64,000 nucleotides of DNA, from assembly GCF_001447785.1 (NCBI RefSeq), contig NW_015166417.1, forward strand, positions 1,920,167-1,984,166, in the 5' to 3' direction. Below are positions 1 to 13,485 of the stretch, piece by piece. The notes beneath the pieces were generated by a model, which was not told where the DNA came from, did not search any database, and saw nothing but the letters and a program-made list of their open reading frames with translations. The stretch's first letter is position 1. Each line of letters opens with the position of its first letter. This DNA comes from Gekko japonicus (Eukaryota). A program made the position numbers and the translations under genes.

Positions 1-1
1 G

Positions 2-470
2 TATCAGACTCGGGACGATAGGAACGATGAGTTCTAACAATATGTTGGATCCCCAAGCATTAAGAATAAATCCACGTTTCAGGAAAAGCAAGGTTTATTT
101 CAAAGCGTTGGAAAGACACTCAAACACGTTCTTTGTTAGAACTGGCTACAAACTGTAAAGCCAACCATAATAAAGGGATTCAAAACAGGTACAGGACCAA
201 TGGGTCATTTTCCCGCTGGCGGGCGAGAGGAAACGGTTGCGCGCTCTTTTCCTGAGAACCCAGTTAATCTCTAGACATAATACAATTGCAGTTCCCACCA
301 TCTAAAAGCAACAAGCCGGCTATGAAGCGAACTCCCACAAGACGACCTCCAGTTGTTTGGCTTAAGCGTTTCAGCAGAGTACAATAACAGCACACGGGAA
401 GGAGGGAGGGGGGAGGGAACAACGGTACCGAAGTACCAGGAACACAGAACACCATGGCAGCTAGCTGACA
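2..470 (-). mobile_element. Probable solo LTR
   Basis: On the - strand it starts TGTCAGC and ends TCTGATA, a degenerate TG...CA short inverted terminus. A - strand AATAAA lies near 94-99. The left TSD is outside the window. Confidence 0.55.
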
Positions 471-2845
471 CACAGATCCTTATAATGGGCCTAGCTTTAC
501 TTAAAATATCTATATATCATACATTTTAAGTAATGTTTTTGGCTAGAGGGTTTTGCAGGAGAAAGAAGGAAAACTGGTCCCTTCTGGTGCACGTGTGCAT
601 ACAAATAACAAAAAATAGGGGCAGATGGAATGTATGGACAGTGGTTCATTCTGGGCTGGATCCAGTCTGCTTTTTCTCCCAGTCTCACCTAAATCCTTTC
701 CTTACTACGGCTCCGTCCTGACCCACATCCACCTCCCATGACAGAGGCTTTTTGGTTCTGAAAGAGGACCCTCTTCTCTCTTTCCCATCAACAGAAAAAG
801 TTGTTGGAGCCAACTCTTTGTGTTCTTTTCTGCTTTGGCTTAGTTCCACGTTTTTGCTTTGCTTGAAAAAGTTTGGAAGAAAAAGGGAGAGTGAGAGACT
901 GAATGCGTGCACAAACTCCACATAAATAAATAAAGTGAAAATGCCAATAAAGAATTGGACAAAGGCTCAGGAGAATCTTTTAATGAGAAAAACAGAGAAA
1001 GAAAAACAAACAAGAAAGGGAATTGCTGCAGTAAATATGAGGAAGACCAAGCTTTCTTGCTGAAATGCCTGCAGTCCCATGAGCCAGCTGGTGGGCACCG
1101 CCTTCTGTATCCAAATCTTTTGGCAAGCCAGAAGCTGTGCGGATGGAGAGGCTCGTTTTAAATGTAGGGTTATCTGTTTTTGGCTTTAGCCATGGTTTTT
1201 TAATTGGCGGGGGGGTCATCTTCCTTTTGGGTGAATGCAGTAGTTAGCCCCTTATAACTGTCTGATACTAACAGCACATAACAACATAAGGTTAGTAAGA
1301 GGGTCTCTCAGTCTAAACCTTTGCTACAAAATCAAGCACACAATCCATGTAAAACGTTTTTTGGCTGGTCCTAATAAAAGGTATTGAGTGGATTCTGTTC
1401 TTGTTTTTAAATTCTGATTTTGGACCAACAGAGCTACAAACTTATTTCAACCTTTGCTACACCATCAATATATATAATTCTTAATATGGCCCCATTTGCG
1501 AATAACTCAATCCAGAGATTGAGGCAATGAACAGACTACAGATTTCCCCTGGGAAAAGCCCCATGTTTGCAGAAAATCTGAAATCTTGGGGGGAAATGTA
1601 TTGGGGGTTAAAAACCCAAAATTATAGAAGCATCTATAGTTTTAAGAAAAAATGCCTTAAGTGACCACTGCTAGGTCACTTATAGAGCAGGAGCACGGAA
1701 CACAGGACTTGCAACTGTTGGACGGGTTGGTCCAGCAAGGCTGTCCTCCCAGGCTGCCTCAGCCTAAACAGTGGAGAAGTAACTGACCTCAGTTGTACTG
1801 TAAGCACTTGATGGAGCTGCTGAGAACGCACTATTGTTTGGCCATGATCCTGCAAAGACGTATCACCTTAAGTGCTGTTTCTTCAGTTAGGTGGCATGCA
1901 GCCAGTCTGGTCCTTCACCTCTGCTGTGCCACCTTGGCCCGGGTCTGCCACCACCACCATTTCTGCAGAGTGGGAGAGAGAGTCCAGGGAAGTTACAGGC
2001 CTGAATTCAAGCCCTACCCATGGGAGGCTTGGTGGCTATCACCTGAGCAGGTGGCAAGGTTTCCTTTATGAGCTCTGGAAGGGTGGGTTTCCAACAGGTA
2101 GCTTGCCAACTGCTGCAAAGTAGGTTATGCATCTCTTAGAAGCCCCGGGAAAAGACTGGAAAAAGATCTGCTCTATGTCTGTTTTTTTAAGCTTTTATTT
2201 AATAAGATTTCCCCCCCAGTGCTGCATAGCTGATATTTTTAGTGCTGTTCCTAGTCCATGTCCGCTCTGACATTGTACAGGAGAGGATGCCGTATATAAA
2301 CGTAATAAATGAATGAATGAATGAATCTTCAAAACAAAATTTGGTAACATGCAGGGGGGGTCATTATATTTGTCCTTTATTCAGAAGTAGCTCATCCTGA
2401 GACATCAAAGTCAACACTGCTAGATCTGCAGGCTAAATGCTTCTGAGCTTGCCCCTCTCTATGAAAGCAATTCATTTAAAAGTAAATTTGATGTAAGGAG
2501 ATGGTACCTCTCAGCCTGTGCAGAGTGCTTTGGGCCTCTGACAGGAAACAGCTTGTGGGTGAGCGCAAACAATGTCTGCATCTGGATAATGCAATTTTTT
2601 TTAAAAAAAAAGCTTTATAGAGAGTAAAGGAATCACAATAGCCACCCCAGATTTTTGTCCTGGACTTACAGTCTTTGTTCTGACAACTGGCCAAAATGTG
2701 GGAAGCACTGCCACTTGACAACTCTCATCCAGGCACAAGATCTCTTATATCTGCAGCGCTTAATGTTTATCTAAAGGGGCTAAACTTTCCCGGAAATAGG
2801 CACGGGATGCTTTTCCCTCGGATTCCAAAAACTGCATTCCGAATT

Positions 2846-3041
2846 TAGGTTTGCCAACCTCCTGGTGTTGGCTGAAGATCTCCATGCAACAAAGATCGGT
2901 TCACCTTAGGAAGATGGACTCTATGGCGTCATACCTCATTGAAGCCACCCCCACCCCCCCCAACCCGACCCTCACCCTCCTCACGCTCCATCCTCCCACC
3001 AAAATCTCCAGGTATTTCCCAACCTGGAACTGGCAACCCTA
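2846..3041. mobile_element. hAT (Blackjack/MER53-like) MITE
   Basis: Termini TAGGTTTGCCA...TGGCAACCCTA; the same family recurs many times in the window. Confidence 0.7.
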
Positions 3042-3149
3042 ATTCCTCTACTTATTTGTGGGGATTGTGCATATCACATTCAGACACTCATTTGGGCCGT
3101 CTCTCTCTCTCTCTCTCTTTGTAATGACTGTGTCTTTTCCACTTTCTTT

Positions 3150-3800
3150 CTATAATGAGCTTGGTCGCTGGCAACAAATTCCGGGGCTCGACTCAAGTGA
3201 GACTCCCTGTAGGCCCCTTCTTCAGACACGCCTCCCCGGACGTCCTTTCCCAGAGCGCCAGCCCTTCCCCTCCCTTCCCTTCCCCGCCTCAAAAACTCTT
3301 TCCCTGGGCAGCACCGCCCTCTCTGCTCCGTGGAGAAATAAAGGAACAACGCTCAGCTCCCGAGGGATAAATAGTCGTGTTTAGGGCTTGTGGTGGGAGT
3401 GGTGGTCGTTTCTTACGTGTTCCCTTTCACGACAGCCATGCTGACGAAGCCCGACGCACCCGTGCCGACCTCCCCCTTGAAAGGGGGGCGTTCCCCTGCA
3501 GGTAAGCAGGTTCGTGGGGAGTCGGGAGCGCGGCGCTGGTACATTTGGGGTAGTAGCGTTTGAGCGTGACGTTGCTCTTTCCTCCGAAAAGGAGATGGCG
3601 CAGGCTGGGAGTGAAAGAACGTTATCCCCCCCCCCCTTGTGAGGCGCTGACTTTCTGTTTTCGTTTTCTGTCAGCCGTCCTGTGTCTAAAGAATACAAGT
3701 TCTGTAACGCTTTAGGGGGAAAGTTAAGACTTGAGGCTGAGGGAGTTCACCGGCGCCCTCTTTTTTCTGCCGCCACCCCCTTTCCGAATTGGCTGCCAGT
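3150..3800 (+). promoter_or_regulatory. DAPL1: DAPL1 promoter / CpG-rich region with TATA-like box
   Basis: Local CpG enrichment around exon 1; GATAAATA at 3366-3373, about 70 bp upstream of the ATG. Confidence 0.65.
3438..3501 (+). CDS. DAPL1: Death-associated protein-like 1, coding exon 1 (MLTKPDAPVPTSPLKGGRSPA)
   Basis: ATG in GCCATG context; phase-1 donor CAG|GTAAGC. SPLKGGRSPA corresponds to human DAPL1 SPRKGGHPPA. Confidence 0.92.
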
Positions 3801-6800
3801 GGGCTCTGTTTTCCCTCTTCTCTGCTCTTCTTTCACGCTTTAAATGCCTTTCGATGTGTGACGAGGCATTTCTGCAGGCGTACTAGAAATTGTGCACCCC
3901 TTCCAAATACATGCTCTCACTCAGTTACGTGTGTGTTGTTTATCACAGACTCCTGTGACGGGCTAGTTTTGGCAAAGCCCATTCCCGCCGCTAGAGCTCC
4001 TTCCTATTGGCAATTCCCCAAGAGCAATCGTAACAGGGCTCCTTTCTAACTTGGTAATGCTACCGGGTCTCCCCCCCCCCCCGGAAATAATCTTCTGGCT
4101 TCAAAAACATTAACATGTGGTTGTTCGTGTATTTGAGAAGCTGACCAGAAGTGAGAAAACACTAATTTATGAAAAGTTGCCAAGTGCTGTGGTTTAGTAG
4201 TTTTATGTCTACAGAATGGGCTGTTAAGTCAAGGTCATTAACTATAAAAATCCTAATTATCAATATGAGACATTGGGGGATTATCCAAAGCACAACATGG
4301 GAAAGTTTGTTCTGGCTAAAGGAGTACGCTCAGCTGTAACTCTGCAGATTGGGGAGGGGGGGCCTTGGAATGTATAAAATGCCTTTTTATCTTGGAGAGA
4401 CTGAGATCGTCCTGTGCCAAAATATATGTTCACTTCTCAGGTGTTAATAAGGTGCGTGGGGGGAGGGAAACTCCACTATCAAATGCATGATGGATTTTCA
4501 TCCGTATCTATTTCTGCTATGCCTGTTCTTCAAAAAAGCAAACACAGTTGTCTGGACTTGAATTCTTATTTATCCAAAATATTTTTCTCTTGCAAAGGAG
4601 GACTCAGAGTGACTTCACAGACCTGAAAACACAAACCCAGTACAATTTAGCTTCCAGCTTGATACGTCAAATCAAGAGAATCTGGTACTCATAGGTTTGC
4701 CTGTACAATTTAGCCTTACTGAGTCTCTGAAGGGTAAAGCACACAGCCCCAGGCAGTAGTTCCTTTTTAGAACTAACCAATCAGAGGTGGGGCTGATGAG
4801 AGGAGGGAAAGCTCAGGCCTTGGTGGAAGGTTCTCTCCTGACAAACGAACTGATTATATTTGTCAGCTGATGGGAGATTGATTTGGGTTTTAATCAATAG
4901 CTTAACTAATAGGAAACTATACTTACTTGGAAGTAGGTTCTACTGAAATTAGTGTGATTGACTTCCAAGTAAAGATAATTAGATTGGAGGAGCCCACAAG
5001 TGGGGGACCCAGAAAGGCTTGTGGCAGGCGTCTCCTTTTCCCCTCCCCCTAGTTGCACAGAGTTGGCTGCCAGACCAATTGCACAGCGCAGAACCCGCAA
5101 GGACTTGCAGGATGGCACCTCGTTCTCCTGTATTCCCCACCCCTCCACTGTTTCCTGCTTCCTCCTCCTGGCAACTTTTCCACACTTCCTTTTTCCTACC
5201 CACCTACCTACTTTTTATCTGCCCCCTCCCTTCTGAAGCTATATTTATTTATGTTACTTATACACTGCCTTTCTTCACAATGGCGATCCATTACAGCATT
5301 TGCCCCCACTCCATTTTGTCCTCAAACAACCTTGTAGGTTTGAGAATAGTTAAGTTACCCAAGGGCACCCAATGAACTTCCACAGCAGAATGGAGATTCA
5401 AACTCGGGTCTCCCAAATCTAGGGATAGCAGGCATCCTGATACAGCAAGAGGAAATGGGGCAGGGAAAGGAATGCGCAGATGCTTACATTTTACTGGAAG
5501 CGATACAGCAGACGCTGTAGCTTTGGCAAAAACACTATGGTGAAACTAGAGTTTTTACAAAATGACAGCGTCTGTTGTGTAATTTCCAATTTTTACCTGA
5601 AGTGATGCAACATGCTTAAGCATACTGGTGCAATGCTGGTATCCCAGACCCCAACCCTCCATTTTCTCCTGTGGGTTGCTGCCTCCAGCCTGGCAATACT
5701 ATGTAGACCCTACTCTGAAACTATAACTGTTACACCACACTGCCTTTCATGGGGTGTCTCCTGTTGAACAGTCAAAGAGAATAGGGAACCCTTAGTGTTA
5801 AAGTTGTTTGTGGCTATCCTGTTTAACAGTGGCAAGCAGGTGGGCCTGGGAGAGTCACTCAAGTTAGGGAGGATGCAAGTCACCTGTGGCTGCTATCATG
5901 AGTCATACCTGAAAGGCTGAAACAGCCCTGGAAAGAACCCTCCCCCTTCCCCTTTGTTTTTACTGACAGAAACCAAGGCTTGAAGGCTTTGCAATACTGT
6001 TGTGGTTGCCTAGCAATGGCTACTGATGGCATTTGTTTTGTAATTGCTTCTGTTATTTTGGTGAGTTTAGCCCCTAATGTATTTTTTTATAGTTCAGGTT
6101 TTTCTTCAAACCTGGGGCTTTTCTGAGGTTTGTAGAAAGATCTGTACTGTTTGTCCATGGTTCTAGTCTCTGGATTTAAGTATCTCCAGATAAAGCCATG
6201 TTGAGAGTTAGATGTATATCCTATGAAAATTGTGAAAAGAAGATTGTGAGAACATACAGACAAAACTTTGCTCCACTTTGCAAGATTGTATCCAATATTT
6301 CATCAACTCTGAGGATGTAGTCTATTGTGGTTATACATGTTAAAATCCATTTCAAAATAAGCAAGTTCAAGGGCCATCAGTATTGTTGAAGTTGAGGCAT
6401 ATTGACACTGACTTCAGTGTTGCACTGTGAGTTTCAGATGCCAGCCAAGTTGGATAAGAAGAAATATCACACAGATTGCTTTATCATTGGATTTTTAAAT
6501 CTAAAGCTGGTATATAGTAGTGGCTTCACTCAAAAACGCAATCTTTATTATCAAATTTTGCAGAGGGAGCAGAGTTGCTGGGTTATATAGCAGTGAGTAA
6601 ATAATAACTGGCATTTATATAAAATTTTAAAATATTCAGAGCCCTCTGGTAACATTAATTTGCGGTAATCCATATAAAACAGGTCAATATCATCTCTGTA
6701 TTTCAGAGAAGTGCGAACTAAGACAGAAGTGTCTGGGGATGGAATTGCACGTTGCATTTAGTTCTGTGATCCTTATACCAACATTATAGTGCTGTTACTG

Positions 6801-7984
6801 GGGCTTCAGTTTAATGGGGAAGACCAGTGGAGAAGGTAATTCACAGGGTGGTGGTTAGAGCACAGATCCAGGTTCCCAAAATTCTAAAGCTCACTCAGCA
6901 CGCTTCATGGCACCTTGGACTCCACCTAGCCTCACTCACATTGTTGTTGTGGTGATAAAACGGAGGAGAGGAGAACTACATAAGCAGCTTTAAGTCCCAC
7001 TTGGGGATAAAGGCCAGGTATAAATGAAGGCAATATATAAGTTTAATCTTTAAAAGTTTGATCTCTCTTGCTCTCCCCCTCCTCCACGCACTTCCCATTG
7101 CAGGCTCCGCAATATTTTTTTAAGTCTGTGAAAAAGATTTCAGAACTACATGTTGAATGTATTGCTACCCTCAGGTGATTGACATGCCATGGCGGAAACT
7201 AGGTTCAAACCAAGGATTTCTGAACTGCATTTTAGTAATTGCACTATACCAAAGGGGACATTGAAAAATAATTATTCATCATTAACATGCTTATGCCACT
7301 TTTATAGGTATGGGGAGCAGTTTCCAAAGGCACCAAACAATATCTAAAATTAGGGTTAAATCCTCACAGTTGAACAGTTAAGAACTGGATATACAAAAAA
7401 GTCCAATGGAACTTCAAATCAATCCTTCTGGGAAAGATCACATTTGGAACCTCACAAGAGATGTGGTTTTCTTTACAGACCTCTGATGGAAGAAGGTTGC
7501 TGAACTTAGAAGCAAAAATCCCGCCTTCCTGCTGATGCTGATGATACAGGGAACAAGACGTGTCCTGATTGTCAGTGGTCTTCACACATGTCCTTCCAAG
7601 AACACTAATGGAGTTTCTTACTCTCAGTTGCGCAGATTAATTTTAATCTTGATTAAAACCTTAGGTGACTAATTATACCATTAATAGATCAAAGCCAGAA
7701 AGAACTGCAGACTCTTGCGCAAGATGAATACTAAAGACAAGCTTTACATATTTGCAGTGCAATTCTAAACAAGGTTACACCCTTCTAAGCCCATCGAATT
7801 CAATGAAGGCTGAATGCCTAATGAAATCTGTATTCCATCTTTACTCATCTGCCCTGTACACCTAGAACTTTCTTCAAGAATAGTTATGTAGTACAGTATT
7901 AGCTCAAAAATCTTTGTTCTGTGAAACTTTTCCTTTAACCCTTTACAGTTCTTATCCCACTTAGTGTATATAAATTTCCACTTC

Positions 7985-8665
7985 AGGTGGCGTGTCTAGC
8001 ATCGGCAGAGCCTGGTTTTTTTTCTATTGTGGCTCCAACTCTATGGAATGGGTTCCCTGAAGAGGTAAGAAGGGCCCCAGTTCCTGGAGATCTTCAAGAG
8101 GTGCTGCAAGGCCTGCCTGTTTGCTAGGGCTTTTGAGAGGGGTTGAATACCAGGCATCTTTTAAGGGGAGAGGGATTTGGGGCTTGTTATTTTAGCTGGA
8201 GAAGACTCTTGAGAGTCCCTTGGACTGCAAGGAGATCAAATTAGTCAATCCTAAAATAAATCAACCCTGACCGTTCCCTGGAAGGCCAGATAATGAAACT
8301 GAAGCTGAAATACTTTGGCCACCAAATGAGAAGGGAGCACTCACTGGAGAAGACCCTGATGCTGGGAAAGATTGAAGGTCAAAGAAGAAGGGGACAGAAG
8401 GGGACAGCAAAGGATGAGATGGTTAGACAGTGTCATGGATGCAACGGACATGAAATAAAGCAAACTCTGGAGGACGGCAGAAGACAGGAGGACCTGGCGG
8501 GATCTGGTCCATGGGGTTGCGAAGAGTTGGACTCGACTGTGTGACTGAACAACAACAAAAATTTTAGCTTTGGTTTCAGACTGGGGTGTTTTAACTATTG
8601 TTTTAACTATTGTTGTAAGCCACCTTGAACAAGAGGAAAGGCTGGTTATAAATTGTTTAATAAAT
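7985..8665 (+). mobile_element. L2-type LINE 3' fragment, interrupted by Bov-B
   Basis: Degenerate VAPTLWN...FKR.CKA.LF..AF C-terminus and a TGTAAGCCACCTTGA...TATAAA tail. Confidence 0.7.
8198..8560 (+). mobile_element. Bov-B (RTE) LINE, 5'-truncated
   Basis: Encodes LKLKYFGHQMRREHSLEKTLMLGKIEG, the Bov-B ORF C-terminus. (CAA)n tail; TSD ATTTTAGCT at 8189-8197 and 8561-8569. Confidence 0.92.
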
Positions 8666-9905
8666 AACTTGGGCTATTTCTGTACTTCTCGCTATAATTT
8701 TAAGAGAACGTATTGCCTTTGCACAGATTGAACCCAGTTGCAACTATGCTTTAAGTGAGGTAACATCACCCAAGCCCTGTTCCACCTCTTAGCCTGACAC
8801 TTTAAAAATCTAGCAAAATTTTGGGCAGTTTTATCCGAAGTATTTTAACATGCTTTTAAAGCTGCGTCTGTTTGACATTGCTGAACACTTAAATTGTTGT
8901 TGCTAGGTCATTTGTACCTTAATTGGTGCTAATTGGTTTGTGACTGACAAGCATGTTAACAGGACCTAATTGACAGTTAATAGAATGCAAATGTATGATA
9001 GGATTTCTGCATCTTCAGAGAGACAATAAGGAGGACACTTTTATTCTGGACTACCTGTAGTAGATAAATTATGTGCAGAGTGCTCAAAACTGAAATTGTA
9101 ACAACTTGAAGACATCACACAACAAAATGCTCATGGTATCCTTGAGTATCTCAGATTACTTTTTGTTGTATTTATATGCTTTTGTTTTTTATACTTGTAA
9201 AGCAGTTTCAGAATTGGAGTAAAAATCTATCAAGGCCCAGGATATTTCAAAGAGAACTAAACATTTTTTCCTAAACATCCCCCCCCCTATCTTTTGAATT
9301 CTTGACTAAGTAAGAAACTAAAGGCAGAGTTCATATTTTCATGCTAAAGTAACTTAAATTTTTTTGAATAAGCCTCAGCAAGATGATTTGTTATCACTTT
9401 CACTAATTCAGGCCTTCACACACACTATCAGGCTACTTGGAGGTTACTGTATCCCTGTGGAATGGTACCTGTATAAATATCACAGTTGCACAGGTTTTTC
9501 GTATTTGAAACATCCCCCCGATGATCAGTCCTGGCTATGTGGTTGTGAAGGTGGTCTGCACTACAGCCACATAATATAGTATCGCAGGTAAGTGGTTTTG
9601 AGAGATTATAAAGAAGAGTTTGCTTTTATGGATTGTAACACGCACATCCAGCATTAACCAGCCTGCAAAACAAAAAGATATGCAAGAGTCCGTGTTTGAC
9701 TGCTTGAAAACTGTACCGTAAGATCTGATGTGCCCCAGAATATGTGGAAAGGGAAGTTCAAATGCTGCAAAGTAGAAGACTTGAGGATTATGCTCTATAT
9801 TCCATCTGTCTTTCTGAGCATTTGACTATATCTCTCTTACATAACCAACGAAAGACCAGTTGCTTGTGAAATACCTTATCTTGTTTTCATATATATTTCC
9901 TATAG

Positions 9906-9993
9906 TCAAAGCTGGAGGTATGAGAGTTTCTAAGAAACTGGAGAATACAGCTGCTGAAAGGAATCCCAAAGTCCATGGGAGAGAAAGGACCAG
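9906..9993 (+). CDS. DAPL1: DAPL1 exon 2 (VKAGGMRVSKKLENTAAERNPKVHGRERTS)
   Basis: Acceptor tttcctatag and donor CAG|GTATGT; 88 nt, phase 1 to 2. Contains the DAP-family VKAGGMR motif. Confidence 0.96.
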
Positions 9994-11469
9994 GTATGTG
10001 GATTGTTGAGACTTGTATGTTTGTGTTAAGAGTTCAGTGAGAAAGCAGTCCTCCAAACGTGAACCATACAATCACTATACTACAATGGCAAGTAAATGAA
10101 AGTAAATGAGGAAAAGGTAACACAGTACCTTCAGTGCTAAAAAAAAGCATGCATTGGAAAGGTTTTTTTTAAAAAAAGCAGAACTCTGTAGAAAATGCAA
10201 GTCTGGCTATATACTTTCTTTGATCAGAAAGGCACTGTGGCTGTAGAAGTAACCAGAAGTTTAAGTTGTCCAGCAAGGTAAAATGCTATACTGTCACAGC
10301 CATTTTCCCAGTCTGCTCTCTGTTTGCCCTGTTGCCTCTGGTGTTCTGTTTATCTTGGCATTCTAACAACTGTTAGCACTGAGGTGTTCTGTCTCGCTGC
10401 CTGCGTAGTTTCACTTGTCCCTAGGCCCTGTGTGAGGCTTCAGAGCCAATGGAATTGATCCTTCACAAATTGGGTTGTGATCCTGTTACCAGTTTTGATT
10501 CCCACAGTAGCTAGAATCTTCCATGGCATCACAGCAGTTCAGCCACTGATAAGGTAGCTAACAAGCCTGGAGGGGAAAAAAATGTCCTCTCTCTTTAATA
10601 GAGGCTTGATGTGTAGAGATGGGCAACTGAAGCTCTTTGTGGCATGGAGTAAATAATATCACCTGGTAAAACACCCCATTTTAACCCTCTATTAAAGGGA
10701 CAGGACAATTTCTTTGCGGGTGATCAGGAACCATAACCACAGACATGAGTTGTAGGGATTTAGAACTTTGAGGCAAAGCGCCAGATTATCCTGTAGTTGC
10801 CCCAGACTTTGGTCACTGACAGTGCAATCAATAGATACGTATACTCAGAATGAAGTTAAGCGTGCCTAGGATTGCAGACTTTGTAGCTTTTGTAGTTCAT
10901 ATCTTAGCAGGATAAGTATGTGGTAACTGGTCTTGCAGAGTGTTGTGGCAATGGTGGTGATAGCTGAGTAAAACATAAAGGGCAAAATCCTCAGGACAAT
11001 GATATAAGGTTTTGCTCTTCTCAGAGAGGTACTGCCTAAGAAATTCAAAATAAATGTTATAACACTTCTTGGAAATCTTAAGCAGCTGCCCATAAGGGCA
11101 GCACTGAAAAATCTCATTTTTCTCCAAAACCACAAAAAATAAAATAAATATTGGGGGATTTGATTTAAATCAGCATATCTTTAAAGTTGTCTTGTTTAAA
11201 TAATCTTTGGTCTCTGTATAAATTTGTAAGTTACGAAACTGCTGGTTATCCTGAGATAACTCTTGATTTTAGTCCTGATATGCTAACATCTTCAATAGGT
11301 GAAACAAAAGTTTGAGTCAGCCTCTTCTCCCAGAATAGGTAAGAACAGGTACCTTGTATAGTAATAATGAAGGCATAGAAGAGTCTCTATAAATGTGTCT
11401 TGGGCTTTTCCCCCATTTCAGCAACAAGTATGACAAAGGATGGTTTTTATCTATCCTGAAGTCAATGTA

Positions 11470-11912
11470 GGCCCCGTTCATACGAGGGGTTTTGGTCCGG
11501 GAGCGAGACAGAACGGGGGCGGATCAAACGGGCGCGATCCCACGGCAACATCTGGGAATCGTTGCCTGTCCGTCCCCAATCTGTCTCTTCCGCGCGAAAA
11601 CCCGCTCTAAAAAGAACCACCTACCTGGGTGGTTCATGCGAAGTGGAGCGGCTCAAACCGGCTGTGGGATCGGCCGCGCGTCCTTGCAGCGGCACATCCC
11701 GGCCTCCGGCCCAAACTGTGCATGCTTGAGCATGCGCAGTTCGGTGGCCTCCCCCTTGCCTCCGACACTTCCTCCCCGGCATGTGATCGTGCCGGGGAGC
11801 AACAGCGCGCGGTGCACGGGATCCATGGGATCTCGCCCGCGCGTATCTTTTTTGATGCAGCTCTCTTTAGCCGCGCTTCGCCTCGTGTTTTCCCTGCCGT
11901 GTGGCAGGGGCC
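11470..11912. mobile_element. CpG-rich MITE, probably PIF/Harbinger type
   Basis: GGCCCC...GGGGCC termini with a central palindrome; homologous to 58925-59356. Confidence 0.7.
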
Positions 11913-12396
11913 ATTGTACTTGCAGAGAGTCTGAATTACCCAGTGGCTTTTCTTCTCACTTTTAACTTGTTGCAGTCATTGATTTTAGACATTGGCTTGG
12001 ATCCCATGGTAAATCCTTTAACAGAAGGTGTTTCTACCAGCAGAACAGTAATGCCTTGCCTCCTGTTGCTGGCCAAAATATTCTCCAAAATAAAAATCCC
12101 CACCTCCAAATTTACTGTAGGATCAGATTGTGATGGGTGGGGTGGAGAATCCCTCACCTGGCTCCTCCTGTAACTTGTACCTTCGGTATGGTTGATCAGC
12201 AGAGTTCCCACTGTGACTTCCCTTGTACAGAACACTGATGAACACCAATGAATTGCACAATCAGAACTACAGTGCAGATTGGATGGGGGGAGCATTAGTT
12301 AGTAAACATGAAGGATCTCTTTATTCTGTTCTTTCTCTCTCTCTCTTTTTTTAATGACCAAACTCCTGGCTTAACCCTTTTCTTTCTCTTTCACAG

Positions 12397-12457
12397 TGCG
12401 GTTAGCATTGCAAAAATGCAAAGCATGAGTGTCTTGTTAGCAGATGCATTAGAGAAA
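12397..12457 (+). CDS. DAPL1: DAPL1 exon 3 (AVSIAKMQSMSVLLADALEK)
   Basis: Polypyrimidine tract + cacag acceptor; donor AAA|GTAAGT; 61 nt, phase 2 to 0. Resembles human AIANVAKIQTLDALNDALEK. Confidence 0.95.
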
Positions 12458-13485
12458 GTAAGTACACATGAGTAGACTTAACACTTGATTATGAATCTGT
12501 TTGAACAATTCATGCATACACAGAAGAACTGTATCTGAACAGGTGCTAAAAGAAATGTGTTGAGTATGGTAGGAAATAACAACTTCCCCTTCATCCCCTC
12601 TTTTTTTTTGCCATGTGAGGAGAGGTATAAAGAAGCACTTAAAGCTGCCTTTAGCTTGAAAAGTATTGGAATGCTATTTTCATCCGATGCACAACATGCT
12701 GGAACATGACTTCTAATAATTCCAGTACTTCTCAAGCTGTGCTCTACATTTAAGATCTCCACAGGATGTTTCCTGTGTTCTCAATATGAATAAATAGGAC
12801 TAATCCTTATTGGGGCTTCTGAAATACTGAAATGTTGCAACAGGATTTAATTTTGCTGCTCTGTTTCAGGCAGCAGATGCAGTTGCCCTGTTGAGCTAAC
12901 TCCTACCCCCAGTCTTTGTCTTCTGCCTTTCTCATCTATACACAGCAATCACAGAAGGGAAAGAAGAATGTGGATTCCAGAGTGACTGTTTAAAACAGCT
13001 TGGTGGCTAATATTTCAGAAGCAGCTGCTGTGGGGTTGGCCGGAGGCACAATTTGCCCCTTTAGTAATAGGATAAATGGCTGACCTGAATTCGAGGGAGT
13101 TGCTGCTGCTTAAACTGAAGGTTCTGGCCATAAGGTTATGGATGTCTTCAAGGGGAGGTAGAGTGCATATTCTTCTGTTTCAGTCATCTCCATAATAAGC
13201 TTTTAGGCTTGGCCTACATATTCAACCAAGTAGTAGGGTTGCCAGATGGGTTGGACAAGCTGGCGGGGGACTTACTAGAAGGCTCCGGGAGAGGGGAGGG
13301 AAGAAGTGTGACATGCCTATGTCACCTCTGGGTGACGTAAGCACATGGAGGACATCGGGGGCGACACTCTGGTTTGTGGGAAAAACTCTATGGTAGAATT
13401 AGCTTCTAACCATAGAGTTTTGCCCCCAAAACAGAGTGTCGTCCCCCAACATCATTGATGTGCCTATGTCACTTTTGGGTGATGT

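Noticed and set aside
4790-4820. CTGATGA...GAAAGCTC hammerhead-like string
   Set aside because: Helix II (GAGGAGG) and helix I cannot pair.
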